A stretch of 64,000 nt of DNA from Candidatus Shapirobacteria bacterium (GTDB lineage Bacteria; Patescibacteriota; Microgenomatia; UBA12405; BS750m-G30), in NCBI GenBank assembly GCA_043817235.1, contig JBDRHA010000011.1:35223-99222 (forward strand), read 5' to 3'. Shown in pieces: positions 50,601 through 61,169 of this stretch; positions within the stretch are counted from its first letter, which is position 1, and each line of letters opens with the position of its first letter. The notes under the pieces are model-generated. The model saw only the letters and a list, made by a program, of their open reading frames with translations. It was not told where the DNA came from and did not search any database. The translations under genes were made by a program, and so were the position numbers.

Positions 50601-51385
50601 AATCCATCTGCTCTAAACTCTCTAAAATGAAAAAGCTCTTCTTCTGAAATAGTATCTTGGCTTTTTAACTTCTTTATTTTTTCCCTAAGTAAACGATAAA
50701 GTCCCTTTAAGCTTTCTCTTTCCAAAATTATTTCTTCCTCAATTCTTTTTCTTTTTTGTCGGAAATTTACAGATACTTCCTGCTGGGCAATAGTCCGCTG
50801 ATCCTGATTTTTGATTCTCTTTTTTAAATCATCCTTCTCTTCTTTTTCCTCTTTTGCCAACTCTTCGCTTTTTTCTTTAAGCTCCTTTTTAAGGATATCC
50901 AGCTTTTTTTGAATCCCTTCTTTAAGACTAGACAAAGACTTACTGACTTTATCCGGATAAATATTTACTACTAAATAGCGAGCAAAGTAAATAATCGCTT
51001 CCAGCTCTTTCTGAGGAATTCCTAAAATAGAAGTTAAGGGAAAAGGGGAATTTTTCAAAAACCAAACATGGACTACCGGAACCACCAAAGAAATATGGCC
51101 CATTCTTTCCCTTCTTACCCGCGAAGAGGTTACTTCCACTCCGCACTTTTCACAAATAATACCCTTAAATCTTATTTTTCTATACTTACCGCAATAGCAT
51201 TCGTAATCTTTGGTCGGCCCAAATATCTTTTCGCAAAACAATCCATCTTTTTCCGGCCGCCAAGTGCGGTAGTTAATAGTTTCCGGCTTAGTAACCTCCC
51301 CGTGTGACCAGCCAGCAATTTCCTCAGGTGAGGCAAGTTTAATCCGCAAACCTTTAAAATCAACAATATGCTGATCAAATTCCAT
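47618..51385 (-). CDS. rpoC: RNA polymerase beta' subunit
   Basis: [28 protein letters not shown]. Confidence 0.98.
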   Translation of the reverse strand: MEFDQHIVDFKGLRIKLASPEEIAGWSHGEVTKPETINYRTWRPEKDGLFCEKIFGPTKDYECYCGKYRKIRFKGIICEKCGVEVTSSRVRRERMGHISLVVPVVHVWFLKNSPFPLTSILGIPQKELEAIIYFARYLVVNIYPDKVSKSLSSLKEGIQKKLDILKKELKEKSEELAKEEKEEKDDLKKRIKNQDQRTIAQQEVSVNFRQKRKRIEEEIILERESLKGLYRLLREKIKKLKSQDTISEEELFHFREFRADGFLKVGMGAESILETLKEIDLQKLVKNLRKDLDATSSQPRKKQLLKKIRVVNGMIEAGVDPSWMILQTLPVVPPELRPMVQLTGGRFATSDLNDLYRRVINRDNRLKRLISLSAPEIILRNEKRMLQEAVDMLIDVTKAYRRGMAIRRPPRSLSDMLRGKKGRFRKNLLGKRVDYSGRSVIVVGPQLKLNECGLPREIALEIFRPFILRELMLRGLAPNIKSAKNLLDHRIAEVYEILEEAVEGKYVFLNRAPTLHKLSVQAFKPVLTDSLAIRLHPCVCKGFNADFDGDQMGVHLPLSSQAQKEAKKQMVSTRNLLKPADGRPINTPSKEMVVGCYFATSVQEADLVKLKRKKEEVLPELSCFLEPDQVISAFEGNLLGLRQLIGFCLEKEGWILTTPGRIMLNLLLPESLWFINESIDNRKVSEILMAAFKNHSRKEMVALIDKLKDFGFWGMNLSGISLSIFDCGSSPQKEKIIAESNRQVTAIEKNYHEGLITEGERNQLVRNIWLETTETIASLIWNSLSLDSPIRIMGGAGEKRASPDQIKQISGMRGLVVDPLGNIVALPTKSSFREGLSVFEYVTGARGSRKGLTDTALKTADAGYLTRRLVDVSHACLVRKEDCGTRRGLTVRNKGQRKDNFAYHLSGRFLAKKIIDPQTKKELISAGEMIDEQKAQLIKEKKIESVVVRSPFKCKARYGVCSRCYGWDLSSRKQVEIGTPVGVIAAQSIGEPGTQLTLRTKHSGGVLGLDVTQGLPRVQELFEMRTPRAASPLVEISGKVSINKTQNNIKVKITGSKGGKKEEKEYLLPASANLRVKSGQKVKKGEALSTGSLDVRDVMRLCGLKEAQLYLLEQIQGVYESQGIVIHDKHFEVIIREMSSRIRVVSSGDSDFLLGSYVEEPVFARENRKIKKSKGKLAKGRQEILGLIRAALATDSWLSAASFQETTNILTEGCLLGREDHLIGLKENVIIGRLIPTTKERAKISFDTEEENANL

Positions 51386-54300
51386 TTATTTTTCTTCTAA
51401 CTCCTTTTCGCTTTCAGCTATTACCTGGGTAGGAGATATTAGGATTCCCAAGCCAGCTAATTCCCTGACTAAAACCTTAAAAGATTCCGGCAATGTTGGG
51501 GCAGGAATTTCCTGCCCTTTAATAATCGCTTGAAAAGCAGCGGCTCGGCCTTCAATGTCATCAGATTTAAGAGTGAGCATTTCTTGTAAAGAATAGGCAG
51601 CACGGTGTGCCTCCAGGGCCCAAACCTCCATCTCTCCAAACCTTTGGCCACCCATTCGTGTCTTTCCTCCCAGTGGTTGCTGGGTAACCAAAGAATAAGG
51701 ACCTGTAGCCCGAGCATGAACCTTGTCTTCCGCCATATGATGAAGTTTCAAGATATAAGCAACGCCTACAGCTACCTTTTGTTCATAAGGTAAGCCAGTT
51801 TTGCCATCAAACAACTTTACTTTTCCATCTACTGGAAGATTCGCTTTTTTAAGTAAAGAAACCAGCGTCTCCTCGTTTAATTTTTCAAAAGAAGGAACGG
51901 TATATTGTTCACCTAATCTTTTCCCTGCCCAGGCCAAGTGAGCCTCCAGTATTTGGCCCAAGTTCATCCGGGCAATTACCGATAGCGGAGAAATAACAAT
52001 ATCTACGGGTGTGCCATCAGCTAAATGCGGCATATCTGCCTCAGGCAAAACTCGGGAAACCACTCCTTTATTCCCATGCCTGCCAGCGACTTTATCTCCT
52101 TCTCTAATTTTTCTTAACTGAGCCACAGCGACTTTAATAATTTTATTAACACCTGGATCAAGCTGATCTCCTTTTTCTCGGTCTAAGATTCTTACCCCAA
52201 TAACTATCCCGCCCTCACCATGAGGAACCCGTAAAGACGTATCTTTAACATCTTTTGCTTTTTCCCCGAAGATTGCTCGCAAAAGTCTTTCTTCGGCCGA
52301 AAGCTCCTTTTCTCCTTTTGGCTCCACTTTGCCCACCAAAATATCGTTTGCGGTTACTTCAGAGCCAATCATAATAATCCCCTCTTCGGTCAGTCTGGCC
52401 AAGTCATTTTCGGCAACTCCCGGAATATCTTTAGTAAGCTCTTCTGGACCTAGTTTAGTATCCACCAACCGAGCCTCATATTCACTAATATGAATAGAAG
52501 TTAAAATGTCATTTTTTACTAATTTATCGGAAACAACGATAGAATCTTCATAGCCCAACCCGTCAATACAAGCATAAGCGATAAGTAAATTTTTTCCTAG
52601 GGCCAGCTCGCCTGACTCCATGCTTGGCCCGTCAGCCAGCAAATTCCCTTCTTTTACTTTCTGACCTACTTCTACCAAAGGCCGTTGGTTATAACAAGTA
52701 TCGTTGGGGCTCGTGCGCTGATATTTAAACAGGTGATAAACATGCTTGCCTCCCTTTACTTCTACTTCAGGCCCTACGTTTACTCTTTTATTGCCGGGTT
52801 TAATTATCACTTTTTTGGCATCTACATAGTCCACCACGCCAGGTGCCTGACAAAGAGCAATTCTATTCATAGCCCGCGAAGAAATAAATTCCATGCCAGT
52901 GCCAACAATTGGCGCCTCTGGCTGAACCAAAGGTACGGCCTGGCACTGCATATTCGCTCCCATTAAAGCACGATTAGCCTCATCATGAGCAACAAAAGGA
53001 ATTAGGGAAGCGGATAAGCCCAATACCTGCTGAGGAGAGTAATCGATTAGCTGTATCTTTTCTTTCGGAACCTCAATAAATTCCCCCTGGTAACGAGCCG
53101 GCACCCAGTCCGGCTTCAGAAAGCCTCCTCTATCCTGAGCTACTCCGGCATGAGTAATGTAATAATCAGATTCGTCATCCGCCGAAAGATAAACCACCTC
53201 ATCTGTTATTTTAACCTTAGCCTCCCTCCCCTTTTTAATAAGCTTAATTTTCCGATAAGGCGTCTCTAAAAACCCATATTCGTTTACTCGGGTAAACAAG
53301 GATAAATAGGTCATTAATCCAATATTAATTCCCTCCGGCGACTTGATCGGGCAAACCCGGCCATACTGAGAGCTATGAATATCTCTGATAGAAAAAGTGG
53401 CCCTTTCCCGAGAAATACCGCCCGGACCAATAACCGTAATCTTTCTTAGCAAGCTAAGCTCAGCTAGCGGATTGGTCTGGTCTAGTATTGAGGAAAGGCG
53501 AGAAGTCTTGAAAAAAGAAAGCAAGGCGGATAAAAAGGGCTGGAAATTAAGCAAAGAAGAAGGCCTAACTTTGTCTTTAGTACTAGCTAAGCTCATTCTT
53601 TCCTTAATTCCTCGCTCAAAACGGGAGGCAGCGCGGCGCAGTATTGTTTGACTTAAAATTTCGCCAACCGACCGCAATCTCCGATTACCCAGGTGGTCAA
53701 TATCATCCAGCTTTCTCTCCTCGCCTTTCTCCAGTTTAATTAAATATTCAATCGTCTTGATAATATCCTGGGGAACCAAAACCCAATAACGGGGATCATC
53801 AACGGGAAAAGTTAACCCCAGCCTTTTATTTATCTTATAGCGGCCGACTCGGCCGATTTCATAGTTGGCAATATCAGAAAAAACACTTTTAAATAGGTTA
53901 ATTGCATTTTCCAAAACAAGAGGCTCACCTGGTCTCATTTTCCGGTAAAATTCCAAAAAAGCTTCCTCACGAGTCTTGGTAGAATCTGCCTCTAAGGTAG
54001 GCCTAATAAAGTCGGAAAACTTTTTAATTAGCTCCTTTTCATCGACTAATCCTAAGCACTTTAAGATAACCGTCGCCGGAAATTTCCGCCGGCGGTCAAT
54101 GCGGGCATAAATTATGTCTTTTCGGCCAATTAAAAATTCCAGCCAGGACCCCCTCAGAGGTCTAATTTCCGCTTCAAAAAGAGATCTCCCCGTCTTAGGA
54201 TCATCCGTATCCGTAAAATAAACTCCGGGAGAGCGCACCAGCTGATTAACAATTCCTCTTTCCACGCCGTCAATTACAAATGTTCCTTCTGGAGTCATTG

Positions 54301-54631
54301 TTGGGATTTCTCGAATAAAAACATCTTCTTCAACAACACTGCCTGTTCTTTTATTAGTTAAGCTTGTCTTTATATTCAAAGGAAGACTATAAGTTAAGCC
54401 TTTTTCTCTTGCCCGAGAAGGGCTTATTTTCGGTTCTTCTATTTCTAGATCTTTAAAGTGAATTTCCCAATTGTTGCCGGTATAATCAGTTATCGGAGAT
54501 AAAGAAGAAAATATTTCCCTTAACCCTAGGTCTAAAAACCACTGCCAAGACTGCTTTTGGACTTCAATCAAATCTTGAGCTCTGGGTAGTTTAAGCTGAT
54601 TTCCTTCATAAATGCGCTTTGGTTTAGTCAT
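51386..54631 (-). CDS. rpoB: RNA polymerase beta subunit
   Basis: GDKVAGRHGNKG, GQRFGEMEVWALEA. Confidence 0.98.
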   Translation of the reverse strand: MTKPKRIYEGNQLKLPRAQDLIEVQKQSWQWFLDLGLREIFSSLSPITDYTGNNWEIHFKDLEIEEPKISPSRAREKGLTYSLPLNIKTSLTNKRTGSVVEEDVFIREIPTMTPEGTFVIDGVERGIVNQLVRSPGVYFTDTDDPKTGRSLFEAEIRPLRGSWLEFLIGRKDIIYARIDRRRKFPATVILKCLGLVDEKELIKKFSDFIRPTLEADSTKTREEAFLEFYRKMRPGEPLVLENAINLFKSVFSDIANYEIGRVGRYKINKRLGLTFPVDDPRYWVLVPQDIIKTIEYLIKLEKGEERKLDDIDHLGNRRLRSVGEILSQTILRRAASRFERGIKERMSLASTKDKVRPSSLLNFQPFLSALLSFFKTSRLSSILDQTNPLAELSLLRKITVIGPGGISRERATFSIRDIHSSQYGRVCPIKSPEGINIGLMTYLSLFTRVNEYGFLETPYRKIKLIKKGREAKVKITDEVVYLSADDESDYYITHAGVAQDRGGFLKPDWVPARYQGEFIEVPKEKIQLIDYSPQQVLGLSASLIPFVAHDEANRALMGANMQCQAVPLVQPEAPIVGTGMEFISSRAMNRIALCQAPGVVDYVDAKKVIIKPGNKRVNVGPEVEVKGGKHVYHLFKYQRTSPNDTCYNQRPLVEVGQKVKEGNLLADGPSMESGELALGKNLLIAYACIDGLGYEDSIVVSDKLVKNDILTSIHISEYEARLVDTKLGPEELTKDIPGVAENDLARLTEEGIIMIGSEVTANDILVGKVEPKGEKELSAEERLLRAIFGEKAKDVKDTSLRVPHGEGGIVIGVRILDREKGDQLDPGVNKIIKVAVAQLRKIREGDKVAGRHGNKGVVSRVLPEADMPHLADGTPVDIVISPLSVIARMNLGQILEAHLAWAGKRLGEQYTVPSFEKLNEETLVSLLKKANLPVDGKVKLFDGKTGLPYEQKVAVGVAYILKLHHMAEDKVHARATGPYSLVTQQPLGGKTRMGGQRFGEMEVWALEAHRAAYSLQEMLTLKSDDIEGRAAAFQAIIKGQEIPAPTLPESFKVLVRELAGLGILISPTQVIAESEKELEEK

Positions 54632-54688
54632 TTAAAAAATTTGCAGACCACTAGTGTAAGTCCGCCTGTCAATTTGTGCCTAACCGGC

Positions 54689-54716
54689 ATTATATCATAC
54701 TAAAAATTATTGTCAA
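54689..54716 (-). promoter_or_regulatory. consensus promoter of the rpoBC/ribosomal superoperon
   Basis: TTGACA-16nt-TATAAT with extended -10 TG. Confidence 0.8.
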
Positions 54717-54722
54717 GAAAAA

Positions 54723-55700
54723 TTATAGATATTTTCTAATATTTTCTTGGTGCTCTTCTAGTGTTTTGGAAAAATGTATTTCTCCTTGCTGGTCTGAAAT
54801 ATAAAACCAGTAGTCTGAAGTTTGGTAACTAACTACTGCCTGCAAAGAAGACAAGGAAGGGTTGCAAATAGGCCCTGGTGGCAAAAAAGTATTTTTGTAA
54901 GTATTGTAAGCTGATTCCAAAGATAGGTCTTCCGAAATTACTGTTGGCCACCAGCGACAGTCTTGGCTTATTACACATTCCTTGCCAGCCTTGACATACT
55001 GAACCGTAGCATCAATCTGCAAGGGCCAGTTATTCTCCAAGCGCTTAATCAAAATTCCGGCTACAATCCTTCTATCCGCATCACTTTTAGCTTCTCTCTC
55101 TACCAAGGAGGCTAAAACAATAACATCTTTTTGGCCTAAGCCTCTTTCTTCTGCTTTTGGCCATAAGCCCTCAGTTTTCTGGCCAAAATTAGCAGTCAAG
55201 ATCTCTACAACTCTTTCGGCCGAAGCTGTCTCGGGGACAAGGTAAGTGTCAGGAAAGAGATGGCCTTCTTTTCCCTCGGAGGCAACCAAAAAATCCTCTA
55301 TCGAGATAGGCATCTTTTGGGCCAAGATCCAAGCGATCTCTTCTCTGCGTAAACCCTCAATAATTGTTACCCACTGATCCAATCGGCCTTGAGTGAGCAC
55401 TAAACCTATTTGCTTTAAGCTCATGTTCGGAAGAAGACGAAAACTGCCTGCTTGCAATTTGCCGTTAAGGTCGTAGATCTCCACCGCAAGCCAAAAAGCA
55501 TAACGATGACGGATTAAATTTTCTTTTTGAAGACGAATTCCAATTTGACCGCTTCCTTCTCCTTTTTTTACTACAAAAACCTTTGACCCGCCCGAATAAT
55601 TGGGGTCAGCCGGTTGAAAATAATACCAAGAAAGTGCGGCTAATAAAATCGCCAGCAAAAAAACTGCCACAGCAATACCCCATAAATAAGCTTTTTTCAT
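54723..55700 (-). CDS. mltG: endolytic transglycosylase MltG (YceG)
   Basis: EGHLFPDTY, ASLVERE, LQIDAT, YNTY...PPGPICNP. Confidence 0.93.
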   Translation of the reverse strand: MKKAYLWGIAVAVFLLAILLAALSWYYFQPADPNYSGGSKVFVVKKGEGSGQIGIRLQKENLIRHRYAFWLAVEIYDLNGKLQAGSFRLLPNMSLKQIGLVLTQGRLDQWVTIIEGLRREEIAWILAQKMPISIEDFLVASEGKEGHLFPDTYLVPETASAERVVEILTANFGQKTEGLWPKAEERGLGQKDVIVLASLVEREAKSDADRRIVAGILIKRLENNWPLQIDATVQYVKAGKECVISQDCRWWPTVISEDLSLESAYNTYKNTFLPPGPICNPSLSSLQAVVSYQTSDYWFYISDQQGEIHFSKTLEEHQENIRKYL

Positions 55701-55721
55701 TTGCGCCTCTGGCAAAGACAA

Positions 55722-55922
55722 CTAAACTTCTTCAAAAAGAGCGCGGCGATAGTGCTTAGATTTTTTTTCAAAAATAAAAATCCGCCCGCAGCCACAAGTA
55801 GCCTTGGTCATCCCCTGCTTATTTTTACTTCTAACCGCTTTATTTAAAGGCCGACCACAGCCCACACAACGATTCTGAGAAAGCAGCCATGCCTGAATTG
55901 GCGAAATAATATTTTTAAACAT
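55722..55922 (-). CDS. small zinc-ribbon hypothetical protein
   Basis: CVGCG...CGCGRIF; tightly packed in operon. Confidence 0.75.
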   Translation of the reverse strand: MFKNIISPIQAWLLSQNRCVGCGRPLNKAVRSKNKQGMTKATCGCGRIFIFEKKSKHYRRALFEEV

Positions 55923-56292
55923 CCCATCCTCCCTTTTTTTTGAAAAACCAATATTGTTTTAATAATAAAGCCGCAGCCACCGAATCCACTGCCTTTCTTT
56001 TTGGCTTAAGAACTCTAGCCTGATAAGTTGTTAAAGTCTCATCTTCTAAAACCACTGCTAATTTTAATATATCCCGAAGCTCTTTAGCAAATTTTCTACT
56101 TAATTGAGCTGATTTTCCTTCAGAAATTCCAACAATGACCTTCTTTACTTCCTCATTTTTTACCATTTCTTTAATTAGCTGCATTGTTTTTTGACCTAAA
56201 TTTTTTAATTCTGGGCGGGTTTCAATAACTCCATTGTCTCCAATAGCCAGTCCAATATTTTTCGTTCCCGGATCAATTGCCAATACCTTCAC
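55915..56292 (-). CDS. ruvX: RuvX/YqgF nuclease
   Basis: LAIDPGTKNIGLA, EDETLTT, DSVAAALLL. Confidence 0.9.
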   Translation of the reverse strand: MKVLAIDPGTKNIGLAIGDNGVIETRPELKNLGQKTMQLIKEMVKNEEVKKVIVGISEGKSAQLSRKFAKELRDILKLAVVLEDETLTTYQARVLKPKRKAVDSVAAALLLKQYWFFKKKGGWDV

Positions 56293-57017
56293 TCTTCCAC
56301 CAACCTTGCTTTCACTACTAGTCGGCGCAAATAAGTTCCCGGAGGCGTGCAGGTAACCAAATAAAGCTCTTTGCCTTCGTAATACTGGGAAAGAATGCTC
56401 AGGTCGCTGGGAACAACCTCAAAAATATCTACCACTTGATAAACATATCGGATACCGTCGTAGTGAATAATAATAGAATCCGGACTAGGGCCAGTTTTTA
56501 ATCTATAAAGATCGGTAAAAATTGCCATATAATTATCCGGATCCATATAGGTAGTAGAATGGCCGAAAATAACCGGGCGGCCAAAATTTTCACCCGGAGA
56601 AGCAGTATTAACATACTGAACAAGTTCCTTTTTAAGATCCTCTCCGCCTATATGGACAATCGCATTTTTAATTTTTAATGCCGGAATATCTAAAGAATAG
56701 TATTCTATCTGCTCGTTTGCTATCGGCTTACCATCCGACTCTTCAGCAAGCCAAGAGGAAATCAAAGTATAGTCTTTTGCGTCTTTGGCTAAAACTAAAG
56801 GAACCGAATACCAAGCGCTGTCCTGAGAGACCGGACTATAAATAGGAGTAAAACGAGGAGCATATTTTATCTGGTAACTAGCCATAGGGTAAAGGGCTGC
56901 TCCTACAAGAAAAGTACCCAAACCAAAAATGAAAGCGGAAAGACCTTTTTTATAAAGCGGCGGCCAGCTTTCTCTTCTGCCTAGTCCTTCTTTTTTCTGG
57001 TAATAATAAAGGCTCAT
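56289..57017 (-). CDS. sortase
   Basis: N-terminal TM, FGHS, LVTC...RLVV catalytic motifs. Confidence 0.88.
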   Translation of the reverse strand: MSLYYYQKKEGLGRRESWPPLYKKGLSAFIFGLGTFLVGAALYPMASYQIKYAPRFTPIYSPVSQDSAWYSVPLVLAKDAKDYTLISSWLAEESDGKPIANEQIEYYSLDIPALKIKNAIVHIGGEDLKKELVQYVNTASPGENFGRPVIFGHSTTYMDPDNYMAIFTDLYRLKTGPSPDSIIIHYDGIRYVYQVVDIFEVVPSDLSILSQYYEGKELYLVTCTPPGTYLRRLVVKARLVEE

Positions 57018-57019
57018 AG

Positions 57020-59104
57020 CTAGTGCTCAACCCTAACAATAATATTACTTTCTTTTAACGGCAGCCAAGGAAAAGAGGAAAAGAGTTTTATGGGAGTATT
57101 TAGCTCATAGCGATAAACACGGGGTATTTTTTTCAATCTTTCCAAAACTTGACTTCGAGCCAGTCCTTTTAAATCTGATCTTAGCGCTTTCAGGTCAGGC
57201 TGAGGATAAAATTTTGCCTTAATAGTTACCTTCCCTAAAAAGCCGCTCTCTGTTTCTTCAATAGGAAGAAATTTAATTTCCAGCTCGTCGGAACTTAATT
57301 CCAAACCCTCAGGAACCTTGGGAGCCAGTTTACTTTGAGCGAAGGCCGCCAAGTCTTTCTGGTCTATGGCTAAACCCGAAGACTTAAGAGCCAGCTGGCC
57401 GGAAAAATCTTCAGCCTCTTCTCCCTCCTTTTTGTCCGCTAAAAAAGAAATAATTTCCGTTTTTGCTGTTTCTGTTACAAAAATTTGGCCTTCTTGTACC
57501 TGCTCGGCCAAACCTCGTTCTATTTTTGCCTCCAATTTCTTTTCCAAATCCGCCTTTAGTCTAACCAAATCATCCGGTGAAACTGCGCTCACTTCTCGGC
57601 TGCTCCCTCCGCTTAAAGCTTCTTTGTTGCGAATCAAAAAATCACCCTCTTTTTCTCCTTCAATGCTAAAAAGACTATCCGAAGCCAAGTTATACTGACT
57701 TCCAATCTGTAAAGCTTCTACCGCCGCCGCCTTCTCTCCCCACCGATCTACCCCAGAAACCAGATCCGGTGTTTTAGAGGCTACTTTTGCTTCTTCAAGA
57801 AGAGAAAAGGTTAAGTCATTAGGGCCAATAATTTTTGTTCCCTGATCAAAGCCCGCCTGCTTGTCAGTTCGGTTATAAATCACTACCTTGCCAGAAGCTC
57901 TTTCTCCAATTAAATTTGTTCCTGTAGCTACTTCCTGCCCTTCTGCTTCCTCTTGATAAGAAAGCTCGCTGGCTATTAAATAATCCTCGCCTACTACAGC
58001 CTTAGCGCTTAGCGAGACTTCATTTTCGCTTTCCAGCTCTTGAGGAGTTAAGTATAAAACCACTTCTTGCTTTAAGCCAAAAAAGCCAAAAGCAAACAAT
58101 CCGCCCATAAGCAAAAGCAAACCTATTGCCAAGACAATCCTCACTTTGGACAAGGAACGAGGAAAGATGCTGCTCAAAAAAAGAAATTTATTTTTAAAAG
58201 GGAAGTTAATATTTATTTTATTGATCTTAGGCGATGGTGATAATTTTTTCTCCTCTTTGTTCTCTTCTTCTTTTATTTCTTTTTCCGAAGAAAGGTCCTG
58301 GAATGAAAACCCAGCAGGAAGGGCTTCTGTTTCAGCTGGCTCCTGATATCTTTCTTTAATCTTTTTTGAAGTCGTCTTTTCTTTTTGCTCTTCTGATTCT
58401 TCCAGCTGAGAAGCAATAATTTCTTTGAGAATCTCCCCCAGCTGCGGCCAATCTAAAACCTGGATATCGGGCAAGTGCAAGAAAAGGTCACCTCTGTCGT
58501 CTACCCAAGGATAGGAAAGCATATCTTCCTCAAGCTCCTGACTAGCTTTTCCCCAAATAATAAATTTGGGCGGCAAAACTCCTTCAAATCCCAGCTGATC
58601 CAAACCTTCTCGTATTTTTTGAGCGCTAACTGTAGCCGAACTTAATTTAAGCCTTTTTTTCACTTTGCCCAAATGAACCAAAGAAAGACGAAAGCCGTTT
58701 TTAAGAAGAAGAAGGGAAATAAAGCTCGGAGGAACTTCTTCTTTTTTTTCAAAATGAAAAATTAAAGACTCGTCATCAATCACAAATCCTCCTGCCGGCC
58801 AGCGATATTCCCGGCACAAGGTTTTAAGTAAATCTGCCTTACTTTCCATTAGTTTTTGGGCTTCCAAAGTCCAAAAAGGCGATATCACAAAAAAAGTTCG
58901 CTTAATGCCAAGTTCTTTTTTTTGAAGACGACTGCCTAAACTTCCGGCCACTGCTTGCTCAAAAGAAGCATAAGTTTTTCCATCCCAATCTTGCTCTTCG
59001 CCTAGCCCTTTAATTCTTAATCCCTCTTCTTCCAGCTGATAAATAAGGGCATTAACCGATTCTTCTTGGATAAGTAAAACTAAAATGTCTTTTTTTTCTT
59101 CCAT
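57020..59104 (-). CDS. membrane protein with baseplate J/gp47-like extracellular domain
   Basis: Central TM; GERASGKVVIYN, VEALQIGSQYN, GGSSREV...D. Confidence 0.7.
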   Translation of the reverse strand: MEEKKDILVLLIQEESVNALIYQLEEEGLRIKGLGEEQDWDGKTYASFEQAVAGSLGSRLQKKELGIKRTFFVISPFWTLEAQKLMESKADLLKTLCREYRWPAGGFVIDDESLIFHFEKKEEVPPSFISLLLLKNGFRLSLVHLGKVKKRLKLSSATVSAQKIREGLDQLGFEGVLPPKFIIWGKASQELEEDMLSYPWVDDRGDLFLHLPDIQVLDWPQLGEILKEIIASQLEESEEQKEKTTSKKIKERYQEPAETEALPAGFSFQDLSSEKEIKEEENKEEKKLSPSPKINKININFPFKNKFLFLSSIFPRSLSKVRIVLAIGLLLLMGGLFAFGFFGLKQEVVLYLTPQELESENEVSLSAKAVVGEDYLIASELSYQEEAEGQEVATGTNLIGERASGKVVIYNRTDKQAGFDQGTKIIGPNDLTFSLLEEAKVASKTPDLVSGVDRWGEKAAAVEALQIGSQYNLASDSLFSIEGEKEGDFLIRNKEALSGGSSREVSAVSPDDLVRLKADLEKKLEAKIERGLAEQVQEGQIFVTETAKTEIISFLADKKEGEEAEDFSGQLALKSSGLAIDQKDLAAFAQSKLAPKVPEGLELSSDELEIKFLPIEETESGFLGKVTIKAKFYPQPDLKALRSDLKGLARSQVLERLKKIPRVYRYELNTPIKLFSSFPWLPLKESNIIVRVEH

Positions 59105-59110
59105 CTTAAA

Positions 59111-60895
59111 TTATTCTAATATCGCATAAATTCTCCTCTTGTCCTGGCCCAAAGATTCCTGTTTAGATATTTTAAATTTCCCCAAAATTCCTGTCTTTCG
59201 AACATGCGGTCCTCCGCAAATTTCCTTTGAAAAATCGCCAACTGAATAAACTTTAACTTGACTAGGATAAGAAACTCCTGGCACCCTTAATGCTCCCTCT
59301 TTCAATGCCCTGTCTAAATCAACCACCTTCATTCTTACTTCCAAGTCCTCTTTAATCTTTTGGTTGACGATCTTTTCTATCTCCCTCACTTCCTTTTCGC
59401 TCAAAGCCCGATCAAAAGTAAAATCAAAGCGCAATCTTTCCTCAGTAATATTGGAGCCCATTTGCAAAACTTCTTTTTCTAAAACCTCCCGCAGCACTTG
59501 CAGCAAAAGATGGGTACAAGTATGATAAGCAACTACTTTTTCAGAATCCCCAGAAAGCCCTCCTTTAAACTTCCCCTTGGCCGCTGTTTGGGATTTCTTT
59601 CGATGAGCCTCAAGAGCTTTTAAAAATCCTTTTTCATCTAACTCTTTTCCAGCCTTGGCTGTCTCTTCAATAATCATTTCCAAAGGGAAACCAAAAGTTT
59701 CGTAAACAAAAAAGGCTTTTTCACCTGAAATTGTTTTCCCTTTAGTTTGAGAAATAATTTTTTCAATTTCTTGTAAGCCCCGACCAACGGTTGCTCTAAA
59801 TCTTTCTTCTTCTTTCTTAAAAACAGCTAAAATATCTTCTTTTCCCTTTTCCAGCTCCGGATATTCACCGCCATAATTATCCTGATTAGTAAAAACTGCC
59901 TGAGCTACTCTAGAAACAAATGGCTTATCAACTCCCAATAATTTCCCCTGTCGAACCGCTCTTCTGATTAACCTTCTCAAAACATAACCTTGCTCTTTAT
60001 TGCCCGGCTCCACTCCGTCGGCAGCAATAAACACTGCCGATCTTAAGTGATCGGCAATAATCCTCATTTCCCGCTGATGTTCCCCGTTAACATAGATCTT
60101 GCCCGACAGTTTTTCAATTATATTAATTAAAGAAGCAAAAACAGAAGTTCTGTAATCATCTTCACCGAATCCATTTAAAATTGCGATCATTCTTTCCAAT
60201 CCCATACCCGTATCAATATTTTTTTGTTTTAATTTTTCATAACTCCCGTCCGCTTTGCGATTGTATTCCATAAAAACATTATTCCAAATTTCAATATATT
60301 TGCCACATTGACAAGAAAGGTTACAGCCAGGAGAGCATTTCTTTTTTCCGGTATTGATAAATATTTCTGAATCGGGACCACAAGGTCCAGTTGTTCCTGC
60401 AGGACCCCACCAATTTTCCTTTTTTCCAAAGAAACAAATTCTTTCCTGGGGAATCCCTAGCTTTTTCCAAACTTTAGCAGATTCGTTATCTCGAGGCGCA
60501 TTTTGATTCCCCCCAAAACAACTAACAGAAATTTTTTGCGGATCAATTTTTAAGTTTTTAGTCAAAAATTCATAGCTCCAAAGCAAAGATTCCTCTTTCC
60601 AATAATCTCCCAATGACCAATTTCCTAACATCTCAAACCAAGTATGATGAAAACCATCACCTACTTCAATAATATCCACTGTGCGAACTGCTTCTTGAAT
60701 ACTTACGAGCCTCTTTCCTAAAGGATGAGGTTCACCGAGCAAGTAAGGAGCAAGCGGCTGCATGCCTGCAGAAATAAAAAGAGTAGAAGGGTCATTTTCC
60801 GGAATAAGGGGAGCGGAGGGAATAACTTTGTGTTCTCTATCTTTAAAAAATTTAAAATATTTGTCCTTCAGCTCTTTGGCAGTAATTTTCGCCAT
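59111..60895 (-). CDS. alaS: alanine--tRNA ligase, short form (no C-Ala domain)
   Basis: SAGMQP, HHTWFEMLGN, IDTGMGLER, editing HTCTH and CGGPH. Confidence 0.96.
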   Translation of the reverse strand: MAKITAKELKDKYFKFFKDREHKVIPSAPLIPENDPSTLFISAGMQPLAPYLLGEPHPLGKRLVSIQEAVRTVDIIEVGDGFHHTWFEMLGNWSLGDYWKEESLLWSYEFLTKNLKIDPQKISVSCFGGNQNAPRDNESAKVWKKLGIPQERICFFGKKENWWGPAGTTGPCGPDSEIFINTGKKKCSPGCNLSCQCGKYIEIWNNVFMEYNRKADGSYEKLKQKNIDTGMGLERMIAILNGFGEDDYRTSVFASLINIIEKLSGKIYVNGEHQREMRIIADHLRSAVFIAADGVEPGNKEQGYVLRRLIRRAVRQGKLLGVDKPFVSRVAQAVFTNQDNYGGEYPELEKGKEDILAVFKKEEERFRATVGRGLQEIEKIISQTKGKTISGEKAFFVYETFGFPLEMIIEETAKAGKELDEKGFLKALEAHRKKSQTAAKGKFKGGLSGDSEKVVAYHTCTHLLLQVLREVLEKEVLQMGSNITEERLRFDFTFDRALSEKEVREIEKIVNQKIKEDLEVRMKVVDLDRALKEGALRVPGVSYPSQVKVYSVGDFSKEICGGPHVRKTGILGKFKISKQESLGQDKRRIYAILE

Positions 60896-60900
60896 ACTTA

Positions 60901-60929
60901 ATTATATACAAAGCCAAAGCGTCTGACAA
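60901..60929 (-). promoter_or_regulatory. sigma70 promoter, leaderless alaS mRNA
   Basis: TTGTCA-17nt-TATAAT-5nt-ATG. Confidence 0.75.
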
Positions 60930-60945
60930 TCAAGCAAAATTTCTA

Positions 60946-61161
60946 TTAAGCTCCTTTATGAGTAAAGAATTTTCTTTTGCGAGGCTCTTTTATTTTCTCT
61001 TTTGCATCCCGGCTCGCTTCTTCCAGTTTTTCTTTTAATAAAGCAATTAGCTTTTCTTTATCTTTTTCTTTTAACAAGAAACCAATGGTAAAACCAATTA
61101 GCGCTCCCAAAAAAATTCCGGAAAAATTCTCGCCCAGTTTTTTTTCACTTTTTTCTTTAGA
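60946..61161 (-). pseudogene. YtxH-like reading frame lacking a start codon
   Basis: SKEKSEKKLGENFSGIFLGALIGFTIGFLL...PRKRKFFTHKGA*; no ATG/GTG in frame before the upstream stop. Confidence 0.6.
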
Positions 61162-61169
61162 GTAAAAAT

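Noticed and set aside
57020-59104. Prophage suggested by baseplate-J-like and Bro-N genes
   Set aside because: No terminase, capsid, portal or integrase; the J-like gene is membrane-bound within a housekeeping operon
28003-60895. Numerous 60-110 aa antisense or alternate-frame ORFs
   Set aside because: All lie within well-supported core genes and lack motifs or start signals
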